From assembly GCA_003971905.1 (NCBI GenBank), contig RSEE01000074.1:310001-355896 (forward strand): DNA of 45,896 nt, written 5' to 3'. A program made the translations under genes and the position numbers. Shown here one piece after another: positions 1-11,116 of this stretch. The stretch is from Moniliella sp. 'wahieum' (lineage: Eukaryota). The notes below the pieces were generated by a model, which saw only the letters and a list, made by a program, of their open reading frames with translations, searched no databases and was not told the DNA's origin. The number at the start of each line of letters is the position of its first letter. Position 1 is the first letter of the stretch.

Positions 1-3000
1 CTTCCGTCCAGGCTATGCCCGTTCTGCCGCCCAATGGGTCGCGGCTGCCCGCCAGCGCTTGGCCCAGGGGCAGGCGAGGGATACTCTGGACCGGGCCGCC
101 CTGGCCACGCTCGCTTCTCAAACGGACGAGCAAGCTGGGCTCGAGTACTTGCTCATGTATACCCCGCCCGAGGACCTTCCGCCCAAGTTTGCTTACAAGC
201 ATACCCAGCGTGGCAAAGCTCCTGAAGAGTTTGTGTCAGGTGGTGCGGCAGGGCAAGGGGTGAGTTGGACATTGGGATGCGCTGGCTCGTCGAGCGGGTC
301 TCTGCTGCCATGGGGTGTCCCACTGGAGGCAGTCGAGCGCGCTGCTCATCGTCTCTTGGCCTTCGAGGTAGACCATCCTGACGGTTGGGATCGCGAAGGT
401 CGCCAAGGTGTCTTGGTCGACATGCTCCTCGCTTCGCTGGTTCGGGGACACGCAGACAAAGAAGGCGGCGAAGAAGAAGCACACGCCCAAGCGTTGAAGT
501 CGGCGACGTCGGTGCCCAAGGAAGAAAACACTGCCCAGTCGGAACAGCTCTTCCAGGAAAAGGAAATTCTTGATTCTCTTCTGGGCGAGGACCGGATCAG
601 CCTGGTAAGCACCAAAGACTGGCCCTTCGTCAGCGACGGGCCTGAGACGGCGGGCTTTCAGGCGATCGATATTCGTTTCCCACGCACGGGGGAAGATGTG
701 CGCTTGCGCTTCGCCCCCCATCCCGCCAACGGATACGGCATTCAGTCGGTGCCCCACCCAGTGCTTCGCCCAACTGCGTTGTCGTGTCCAGTACACTGCC
801 TTCCTACATCCGACTTGCTTTGACACGCTTTGTCCACACGCCCAGCACAGAGGGGGAAGATGAGTTGACTGCGTCAGTCGAGGGTGGCAGGGCTCCACCA
901 TGCTGTTGGAGAGAGGCTGGAGGCTGAATTGGACAAGATGATTGATCACCCCCGCCTCTCAACGAGGTGCTGCGGCCCTTTGTCGATGGCCCTTCGCCCC
1001 GTCAATCTACTACGCCTGTGGCCGTTTCGTCCCCGACTCCACGCAAAGCAGGGAAGCGCGATGCACCACTGGAGCTTTCCCTGCCGCTGCGGAAGAACTC
1101 ACCAAGCGTGCTCGTGCCGATCGGGCAGCGTGGGAGTCAGACAAGGCCTACACATCCAATTATGGCCGTGTTCGGCATTCGCTTCCGGCCTGGGCGAGTC
1201 GGCAATCATTCTTGGACTTGCTTCGACAGGCCCCCGGGCGCATCATTCTGACAGCAGGTGAAACGGGGTGCGGAAAGACGACTCAGTGCCCTCAGTTTAT
1301 CCTCGACGAGGCGATCGCCAACGGCACTCTCGCTGAGACCAACATTGTTGTGACTCAGCCTCGTCGAGTGGCTGCTGTGGCCGTCGCACAGCGTGTTGCG
1401 GCCGAGCGGGGCGAGTCGCTCGGGCGGGACGGGGACAAGAGCCAGTACGCCCTGACAGGATATGCGATTCGGGGTGAACGCAAGGCGGGTCCCAATTGCC
1501 GGCTGCTCTTTTGTACAACGGGTGTTTTGTTGCGGCGGCTGACGGGTTCGGCCTGCGAGGTATCTCGCATGTTGTGGTGGATGAGGTGCATGAACGGTCA
1601 GTCGATTCAGATGCTGCTGCTACACCTTCGCGCGGCGCTCAAGAGCAACCCTCAGCTAAAAGTGGTGCTCATGAGCGCTACAGTTGAGCAAGAAACATTG
1701 TGCGATACTTCAACGGGTGTCCTACTTTGACAATCCCAGTCGTACATTCCCTGTGAACGATTTGTACCTTGAGGACATTGCCGTCTCACCAACTACGACC
1801 CATCGGGATCAGCCCCACTGCGAGGTAGCCCAAGGTGCTGAACGAGGCCCAAAAGTCGGAGATTGCTGGCTTCACAGCGAAGCATGCCGAGCCATTGAGC
1901 GAGACCCAGATGCGCTCACTTATTGCGCTCATTCAGCGCACCCAGGACACGACGGTATGATTTACTGGCCCGCACCGTCTTGCTGGCCCTCGAGCGCTCG
2001 TCTGAGGCAGCCTCTCAAGGTGCTGAAGGTGGAGCAATCTTGGTCTTTGTCTCGGGTGTGGGTGAGATTCGTTCGGCATCGGAGGCGATTGAGCGGCGAG
2101 TGGGCCAAGCAGGGCGGAAAGCAACGGTACTCCCGCTGCACGCTAACCTCTCACCACCGCAAGAACAACGGTTGGCGTTTGAAAAGACGCGGCACACCAA
2201 GGTGGTGGTGGCGACGAATGTGGCGGAAACGTCGATCACCATTCCCGACATCTCCTACGTTGTCGACAGTGGGAAGGTCAAGGAAAATCGATGGGACGCA
2301 GCTTTGGGCCTGAGCCGGTTGGAGGAAGTGTGGGCATCGCGGGCAGCAACTCGGCAGCGTCGTGGGCGTGCGGGCCGTGTGCGGGAGGGTGAGTGTTTCC
2401 GTCTCTATGCACGCCATACGGAGCAGATTATGATGCCGGCCAACCAAACACCCGAAATGTTGCGTACACCGCTTCACAATTTGATCCTCAGCGTCCTTGC
2501 GACGGAGACCAAGTCATCAGACAAGACCAACCAAGGGGTTACCTCAGGCTACTTCGGATGTCAAAGCCTTTCTTCTTCAAGCCTTGTCGCCGCCAAAGGT
2601 TGAACATATCGACTCGGCATTACGGGACCTAGTCGATGCAGGGCGCTTCAGCCTGCAGTGGGAAGCGCGCCGCACGGAGCTCTGACTGCTTTGGGGCGTC
2701 ACTTAGCTACCTTGCCTCTTGACTTGCGACTGGGCAAGATGCTTATCCTCGGCGGTCTCTTTAGCTGTCTTGGCCCTGCGTTAACCATTGCCGCACTGAT
2801 GACGGGCAAGCCTATCTTTGTCGCTCCTTTCGAGAAGCGCGACGAAGCCAACCGGTCGTCTCGTTTTCTTTCCCAGCTCGCTTTTCACACTGACTGCTGA
2901 CCTCTCTTTTCTTGTTCTGGTTACAGTGCCCGCCTTAAGTTTGCCCAGGGCAGCAGTGACCTCTTAACTGATCTCAAGGCATTCGACACATGGCGCCAAC

Positions 3001-3853
3001 TTCGCCTCGATGGCGCATCATCAAGCACGCTCCGTGAGTTTTGTGAGGCCAACTTTCTATCGGCTTCCGCGCTGCGGGAGGTGCAGTCAACACGAGTCGA
3101 ATTGGGCGGAAACTTGCAAGAGATTGGTTTTGTCTCGCGCAATGCACTCAAGGCTGTTCTCTCGAGCAAGTCGGCGGCTCGGGGTTGGATGAGCAGTGGG
3201 ACATGGAAAGCAACCAACTTAGAGTTGATTCGATCGCTTATTGCTGCCAGTCTGTGGCCAAGTATGGTGCGGGTCAGTTTGCCGTCGCAAAAGTTTGACG
3301 CATCGGCGGCGGGCAGCATTCTACGCGACCACGAGGCCAAGGAGGTCAAGTTGTTTGACGTATCCCCAGCTGGCATGAAGGCGGGGGTAGGCAGAGTGTT
3401 TCTGCTGCCATCTTCGTGTCTGTTTGCTGCCACGCGGTTCGACTCGGCTTATCTTGCCTCCTTTTCACGCATGGCGCGCAAGGCCAACGCGCCCCAAGGG
3501 ACTGGTACCCCAAATGCATCGGGCGACAAGATCTATCTTCGGGATGCTAACCTGGCGCCGCTTTTGGGTCTGCTGCTACTGGCCCCAGGCAATATCCACT
3601 TGACCATTCGCACGGTGGGTTGGAAATCCGATCCCTGGGTGTGGGGACGGGAGCAGGCGAAGACAAGGCGGTTGCAAAGCCGGCAGTGGTGGTGCGGATG
3701 CGGGCGGACGCGAAGATGGGGGTGATGTGTAACCAGCTGCGCCGCTTGCTGGACGCTGTTCTGGATGATGCGATTGAGAACCCAGGCCGATTGTTGGAGA
3801 CCAACAGTCATGCGCTGCTCCAGGCTGTGCCACGTTTGCTTCAACGGCCCTAG
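1..3853 (+). CDS. DEAH-box RNA helicase, DHX57/DHX29/YLR419W-like (5'-truncated; frameshifted; one intron ~2855-2926)
   Basis: Fragments in successive frames give GETGCGKTTQ (motif I), TQPRRVAA (Ia), CTTGVLLRRL (Ib), VVVDEVHER (DEAH), LMSAT (III), ATNVAETSITI (V), QRRGRAGRV (VI) and the HA2 segment LGRHLATLPLDLRLGKMLI. N-terminal LEYLLMYTPPEDLP and an RWD-like region; TAG at 3851-3853. Confidence 0.93.
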
Positions 3854-4762
3854 GCCACAACAATGCATGTTAACCCGGACCCAGATGTACCTGTCCCAGA
3901 GCGTGCACCGTCAAAGCTGCCGCAGGCCACTGGTACGCGGTTGTTGTAGCTGTCCGCCCAAACGGGCCCGTCGGGGCAACCGTCTCGCCGTGCACTACAT
4001 GGTTGCCTCCGCGTCGACTCGTCGGTCATCGACAGCGTGTGACGCGCTCCCTCGTCTGACGTGCTCTCGTGTGCCAATCACGTTGGTACCAATCTGGCGT
4101 TGGGCCCACACTCCCCTTCAAGCTTCATTCATCCTCCGACGACGTGAAAGGGCCACGGTAGCCTCTGGTAGCCCACCCTCGAAACGAAGCTGTAGGCAGA
4201 TGCCAAAAGCATGTCGGCTTGCAGTGGTGGAAAGTGTTGGGGAGAGTAATATGCTTGAACGGGAACATGACATGAAAGTAGCGGCCGAAGCCATGGAGAC
4301 GGCTGTGACATGTGACGGGTGAGCGTGAGCTGGCGTGGCTAGTGTGACATGCGGCATGTGACTGGTGCTGGGAACGGCCTCATCGCATCTCCGAGGGTTG
4401 GTCATTGAGCCATGAAGGGTGTAATTACTGTGGCCCTCGGAGACAGACGCTCCAGCGACGCAGCGCAGCCGTGCGGTCAGGCAGAGAGAGCTGAGCCCGA
4501 GCACAGAGCGGCTGAGTGCTGGCTGAGGCGCAGCACTCCGAGCACGTGATGTGACGTCCACCACATGCTACACTGCCCCGTGCGTCTTCCTTCCGCCGTG
4601 CTAGCGGGGTGCAAGTGGCGCATAGGAGGCATGCCTGACGCCTGAGTCAGGCCATCCGTATATGCCTGAGCCAAAGCGCAATGACAGCACGTGTCCCGCC
4701 ACACCCGCCCCTCACCACACCCCCCTCCCCTCCACCGCCACTGCTGTCGCCCCATTGCCACC

Positions 4763-5235
4763 ATGGCTACCGAGCGCACCCCGCTCGTCATTCCTCCTCC
4801 CGCCCACGGCATCTCGCCCCGCAGCCCCTGCGTTCTCAAACCTGGCCCGAGCCCCGCACTCCCGTACACAACGGCAGCCTCGCGACCGCTACCGCTGCCG
4901 AGGCCGCTGCCCTAGCCGCCGTGCAGGGCAACTGGAACGGCCCTCACACAGCACTGGCATACGTCTATGCCGCTCGGAGGCGACAGCGGCAGCGCAAACG
5001 GAGAATCCAGCGCATTGCGCTCGCATGCTTCTTTCTCGTGATTGTCTACCTGACCACGCTCCACCTTGCCGCGCTCTATGAGCGCCACTGCAGCGTCGAC
5101 GTTCCTAGCCATCAACGCGGACGCTTTTGCCCCCCTGCCGACTGGAACATTTCGCAGGCAGCTCGGCCGCTGAAGCCGGGTGATTATGGCATGAAGTTGC
5201 TCCCGTCCCGCCTCAACACAACAACTGAAAACTAG
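4763..5235 (+). CDS. Small type-II single-pass membrane protein, unknown function (one frameshift)
   Basis: ATG in CCACCATGG context giving MATERTPLVIPPP (acidic dileucine-like ERTPLV). After a frameshift: basic RRRQRQRKRR, hydrophobic IALACFFLVIVYLTTLHLAALY and a short Cys-containing tail. Confidence 0.6.
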
Positions 5236-5759
5236 CTCCCGTCTTGCCCCATTGAACCAACGCACTCGATTGGAGTCAGCATCGTCTTGCCCTCCCTCCC
5301 CTCTCTCATCTACCCTAGTGTTCTCGCTTGCCTCCCACACTACTGTGTTGGGGGCCTGGTTCACTGTGATGCGGCACCTGTATTATTACCTTGTTCTTCA
5401 TGTGTTCCGTTCTACTGTTTGCTGGGTAAGACCAGTTTCACATGCGTATGGACCCGCGAGTATTGCACCTCCCTGTTCTTGATAGCGTGGGGAGAGGATC
5501 TGTTGTAATGGCAGTATATACCCTTGGCATCTATGATTGCTATACATGTTGGGAACCTGCCTTGCCTAAGTATGGCATCATGCCTCGTATGCCAGCATCA
5601 CAAGTGGAGTGCATCACACAACAACAAATATCCACGTGCTTATTTGCCTGTTTACTAGGTTGGATCCGGGCTGTTAGGAGAAACTAACGGTTGCTCAACT
5701 TGAGAAGATGCGAGAATCATCCTGTTTGTATTCATCTCACTCACAGAGCTTAAACTTGG

Positions 5760-6450
5760 GTCACAGAAAAGCGGGCGCCTATGAGACTCGCTCATCCGAG
5801 TGTGATGTTTCCTCATAGATACCAATCCAATGAGAGAGGATCAGTACTCAGTAGATTCGCCGACAGGTGGGAGCGAATAATGAGACGGAACCCTTGGCAG
5901 CTGTGATTCCCTCCCAAAGTGGGGTGGCGCAATGGATAGTACGAATGGCGTACACAGGCATCATGTGAGCGCGATGACCATCGCTAATTGGGCTCCTCAG
6001 TCAGTACTATGGTTTTGAAAACCTACCATCCAACTAATGCCTCATGTTGGCCACTTGATGCGCCCCCAATCCGCCAAGGCACGTCGAATCTCACATGACT
6101 TGAACTTCTTCTTCTGGTCGGAGATGGTCAACCTCTGCTGCGTCAAAGCTATTATGTGTGTCTGATCGAAAACCCATCATTCTCAATTACTAAGCGCAGA
6201 AAGCCCACTTTGGAAAACGAGCGCGGTCGGAAACTGTGGACAATCGAGGTCGACTTTGACTCCCCTTCTTCGACGAAAAGGGGAGGAAAGTCAATGTCGC
6301 ACTGAAGGTATCACAGGCAAGGACGATTCCATGCCAAATCGATCAATCTTTAAGCTTTAAGGGTCAGAAGCGCCCAGCGTGAAGCCATTGGCCCCATGGC
6401 TGTACCAGCAGGTGCGTCCGGCTTCTGTTCATCAGCCTTGGGTGTCCTGC
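5760..6450 (-). mobile_element. Degenerate hAT-like DNA transposase relic
   Basis: Hand translation of the minus strand gives, in hAT order: HL...HGI (BED-like), FSKVGFLRLVIE (~6182-6217), EIRRALADWGRIK followed by a frameshifted IS(L)DG, and SLIGLVSMRKHHT (~5796-5837, cf. LLGF..L...HTG). Many stops and indels. Confidence 0.4.
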
Positions 6451-7166
6451 GGGAGGCGCGCCCATCACGGCTTTGTGGGGGCCGGGAGTCTCCGAACCCA
6501 TGTCGGGGTTCTTAGTGGACCAACTTCGAGAGGGAGCAAGACACCCGCTCACGCCTCTCTTCCCTATACTATACCGTGGGTCACCTCGAAATCTTAGCAT
6601 CCAGCCTCCTGGCGATTATGACGGAACCACCACCGCAATCCGAGAAGCAGAACCGGCTCAATTACGCTGTTGCAACGGTCCGTTCATGACGTTCATGTGC
6701 GGACCCTCCCTCTTTCATTTTGACGGATCAGGACTCTCCAGAATTTGTGTACTGCAAGTACATGAAACGGCATAGTGCTGTGTCATTCAAACCACCATCG
6801 GAAGTGTCGCATCTCTCCTTGAATTCTGCGTGGTACCTCTCGATGCCTGTTGAGCCGCTCTAGTAAAAGTACTCTATTATCTGATGACGAGGAAGGTGGG
6901 GTTGAGCATGACTGAGGGAAGCTCATGCTACCAGGCCCGCAGGGTTCCTCCTAAGATTTTAGTGCTGAGCCATGGCACCAGCCGAGGCAAGGTATCACTA
7001 CACCCACTCGTCCCAATGTCGCAGCACTCAATAATAGAGACGGGAGATATTATAGAGAGCCGATAAGATTGGCAATAAAAGGATATTCCGAGACAAGAGC
7101 GAATACTCAGCCCGAGAGAAAAGCGGTCTGCATGGTATACTCATAGGGGGGGGAGAAGATTCCTGC

Positions 7167-8567
7167 TTAGAGCAGAGCAGCAGCCGAAACAGCGGCGACA
7201 GCCAGTAGGCCAGCGGTCTTGGCGTACAGCGAGCCGGCCGAGTTGGGCTTGCCCGAGCTGGAGCCCTTGCCGCCGGACGAGCCCTTGCTTCCGCTGTTGC
7301 CAGAGTTGCCGGAGCCGGAGCCGGAGCCAGAGGTGTTGTTGCCAGTACCGGCGGGGCCACCAGTGCCGGTGGTGTTGGCACCGTTGTTGTTGCCCTGGAC
7401 GGTGGAGTTGGTGAAGCCCGTGGCGGGGTTGTTGGCATCAGGGCCAGGCACGTTGGGGCCTTGAGTGGAGCCGGCATTGTCACCCTGGATGAAACCAGTG
7501 ACAGGTCCGTGGAAGGACTTGCGGGCCGAGAGGGCGGCCTGGATGGAACGCGACTCGTTGTAGTTCGAGTCGATCAGGACATTGTCGATGGTGTGGATGA
7601 CACCGTTCTTGGAGATAATGTCCGACTGGATGATCTGGGCCCAGTTCGAGCCAACGCGGATCGAGTTGTTGCTCGCCTCGTAGTACACGTCTTGGCCAGC
7701 GGCGTTAACGAGCGAACCCTGGGTGCGGAGCAGAGGGGTGAAAGCCGCACGGTTCTGGACAATGTGTTGCAGCGCAACCAAGGTGGCGTTGCCGGTCGCG
7801 TTGATCTTCTGAGCGCGTTGGTCCAAGCCTCCGTGGTCGGCACGAACACCGTCACACCGGGAAGGTTGTCGAGGTCGTTCACGTTGAAGTACGTCGAGTT
7901 GGCCAGGGTGTTGACAAGCTGGGTCTGGTGGGCCACAAAGCCAAGAGTGTACGAGGTGGTACCAGGCACAAAGATGGCAGCATCAATAGGCGCAACAGTA
8001 CGTTGCTGGAGACGGTGAAGGGCTCCTCGGTGACAGCGTCGGAGCTAAGGCCCTCGAACACGTCGAAGGGGCCATCGCCACGCTTGGAGAGCGAAACAGG
8101 GAGACCGTTACCACCGGGTTGGGCGGCAAAGGCACCGTCGGTCAAAAGGGAGTATCCAAGGGCGTGAGTGGGCGCGTTGGGGATTTGGTCGACGGGGAAA
8201 GTGCCGTTGAGGACTGGAAGGATGAAGGGAATAGGTGTTAGTCAACGAAACATCACGTTTATACGGAGGCCAAAAACATACCGTGCTGGAGGAGGGTGGC
8301 GCGCAGCTCGGTCTGGTTACCCGAAATCCAGGTAGGGAGACCGGTGACGGCCTTGTCATTGGGAGCAAGGAAGAGCTTCTCGCCAGGAGTGGAGACGATG
8401 ATGTCGGCCACGTCCATGTTGGCCGTCAGGAGGTTGGCGAGCTGGGTAAGGTTGTGGCTCTTCAGGTCATCAATGAGCGTCTGGGACGCGTTGGTGTCGC
8501 GGAGCTGGTGGGGGAAGGCGTAGGCGCCGGCCGCAGTGGCAGCGAGGAGAAGACCGGAGGTGCGCAT
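7167..8567 (-). CDS. Fasciclin (FAS1)-domain cell-surface protein, probably GPI-anchored (intron ~8215-8281; frameshifts)
   Basis: Signal peptide MRTSGLLLAATAAGAYA; FAS1 H1 motifs LFLAPNDKA and TVFVPTTEAW; H2 motif DIISKNGVIHTIDNVL; Gly/Ser/Asn-rich stalk; hydrophobic C-terminus AGLLAVAAVSAAALL. Confidence 0.9.
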
Positions 8568-10970
8568 AGAGAACGTGTTGGTGAGGAGAGAAGGTGAGGG
8601 GAGGGTAGGGGGGAGGGCCAAGGGGGTGGGGAAAGAGCAGCTTATATAGATGTGGGCTGGATGTAGACGAGAGCAGCCTAGAATGAAGAAGACTCTTCTT
8701 TCGCGGGCTTCTGGCTTCATTGTACGGTACGGGTGCAGAGGGGAGAAGTGCCTTGCAGGCAGGCAGTAGCGCAGTGGCACAGCCCGCCGAAGTGGGTCAG
8801 GGCGTCCAGGTGTTGTGTCCCTCACTTCTCAGGCGGAAGCCGCACTGGTTCACGAGTGATCGTCACGCGTCACTAGTCACTAGCCACTGCCCCATAGTCA
8901 CCGTAATTCAATAATCGCTGTCTTGTGTTGCACACGATGCGCGTGTGGCACCGGTAGGCATGGGGCCAGTCATGGGTGGGCTCGAGCCGCTTGGCTTGCC
9001 TGGGCCGGCATGGCAAGTGGCCCCAGGCGGCAGGGCAGTGTGTGATGACTGATCGGCAGGCACCTTCTTCGGCTTGACTAGCTTGGCGACCCCAGGCTAT
9101 CCCCTGTAGCGCTGCAGCACAGGCCACTAGCTTTACACCGGGCCTAAGGGATGTGAGCGCACGCGCTACAAGCCCAACGGTTGCACCCATGCCTGTTGGG
9201 GTACGTTGGGATTCTCGCGTCGAACTCACCGTGTACTGTACCATGTACTGGCTACTGGCTCCTTCCGCTACTCGTCTGCTAGCCTCAGATCTCAGATTCT
9301 CACCGGCCATCGATCATCCGCTCAGCGCTCAGGATTTCAATTGATCTGCCGATCAGCAGCGGCACCACAGGTGCTCGCAGCACGATACTGGCGCTGTGCC
9401 CCTTGCGGTTTGTTTGTAATGTGCGACAGGCCAGCCATGGGAGGAGGCGCAGAGGCACTGCATGGTCTCACCATGCACAGACCAGGCATTGTGTGAATTC
9501 ATACCTTGGGCCATGCTGCGTCCACGTGCCCCGTCGTAGCCCAGCCGGCACAGCTTCCTGTTCCACTGCGATCCAGTCCATGCACCATGCCTCAATCTGG
9601 CGTCGTCGCGCATCACGCGGCACGAGTCACCGCGGCACCTTTGTGGTCGCGCCCCACTGGAGTCACTAGTCACGCGCACGCGCCACTGATCACTGATCAC
9701 TGGCACCAGTCACTCACGTCACGCGTCACGTGAAGAGCTTGAAGCTTGAAGCTTCCCTTTAGAGCCTGAGGGCATCAGTACCATCAGTACTCAGTACACC
9801 CAGTACTCGGTATTCATATTCAGTACGCTTCAGCCAACCTTCCGCTCTGTGCCCACCTTGTACTCAGTACCAGCCGCTAGCCGGTACCAGCCCTTGGGCC
9901 TCCTGGGCTTCCCTGTGTCGACGGCATGCATGATGCATCATGCATGATGCATGGTGTGACAAGCCGCCGATCTGTCTTCAAGCTTCAAGCTTGAAGCCAG
10001 AAGATGAAGCTGGCTTGGCGCTTGAAACTCTTGAAACCCCCTGAGGCACAGGCTTGAGGCGCTCAGGCCTGAAGCTTGAAGCTTGAAGCTTGCCGCGTGA
10101 AATTCGGATGTAGGGTGGGGCATACGTGTGGGGCATACATACTGCATCGCAGAAATATGCAATCCACCGGCCGCATTCCATTCTCTCAATACTTCTTCGA
10201 TACGACCAAATCGATGGTCTCATCGATAGAGTTGCACTGACTCGACCATTATTCTGTGGTGTGGCTTCCTGACAAAGCACGTTCCACTGTGCATCGCGCA
10301 TCGAGTATCCCAAACCAGTAACAATTCGCACCCATTCTTCTCGGAGCCCTGTGGGTTCCCCAATGGCGCGCTGGATGCATGTGATATGGACAAGGCAGAG
10401 ATTGTCGATTGCCAGTAATCGGTAATACCGGTTACCGCTTGCTTCTTCCCTTTTCTGATGCATGATGCGTTGATTGTTGTAGGTTACCGGTTACCGGCTA
10501 TCCTTATAGCCGCAAGCGCTACTAAGTGCTAAGCGCTTGGAAGGTCGTTTAGCGGAGAACACCGGTTACCAGATTATTATACCGTGGACGTGGGTGGATC
10601 TGACAGATATCCTACTTGCCGGGGATGGCTTGCACTCAGGGTACTGAGCTCAGTAGTGAGACTCACTACTCCCTCAGGCCTCACCAATCCCCAGTCACAG
10701 TGACGAGCGGCGCGTGACGGTGACTGTGCATGTGATCGGTCCCCCAAACCAGAACGAGGCCCTGCATGGCTCCTGCGCTCCTTCGCCTTCTTCTCTGTTG
10801 GGAGCCGCGGTCCCGTACATAGTAGGCCAAGGCGCCTTTGGCCTTAGGCCTTATCACCGGTCACTCTTCGCCCCTCAGGCCTCATGACCTCATGACCTCA
10901 TGACCTCCGAAGCCTCCACATGTATGCTCAGAGGCTTGTTTGCACCCCTGTCTCCTCTAGGTGTGGCATA

Positions 10971-11116
10971 TGTGGGAAAGCACAACCCCGGGGAAACAGT
11001 GAGAAAAGAAGAGACTCGAACGGAATTCGAACCCATGTCATCCCTATTGGCCAGGGATGCGTTACCACTACGCTATCGAGCCGGGATAAGAGCAGCTGCA
11101 GGATCACAGTCTAACA
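10971..11116 (-). mobile_element. 146-bp solo LTR containing a tRNA-like sequence (TRIM-type), 5-bp TSD GCATA
   Basis: Termini TGTGGGA...TCTAACA, flanked by GCATA at 10966-10970 and 11117-11121. The homologous empty site at ~24110-24125 has one copy of the target and no insert. Confidence 0.85.
11013..11082 (-). pseudogene. tRNA-like cloverleaf within the LTR (non-canonical anticodon loop)
   Basis: GGCTCGA-TA-GCGT-AGTGGTA-ACGC-A-TCCCT-GGCCAAT-AGGGA-TGAC-ATGGG-TTCGAAT-TCCGT-TCGAGTC. All four stems pair. A-box TAGCGTAGTGG, B-box-like GGTTCGAAT and a downstream TTTT are present; U33 and C61 are missing. Confidence 0.8.

Noticed and set aside
5501..5626. Solo LTR TGTTGT...ACAACA
   Set aside because: No TSD and no second copy in the window; short terminal matches can arise by chance.
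11013..11082. Functional tRNA-Trp(CCA) or tRNA-Gly(GCC) gene
   Set aside because: The loop lacks Y32/U33 and C61, and the sequence sits inside a TSD-flanked LTR; treated as tRNA-derived.
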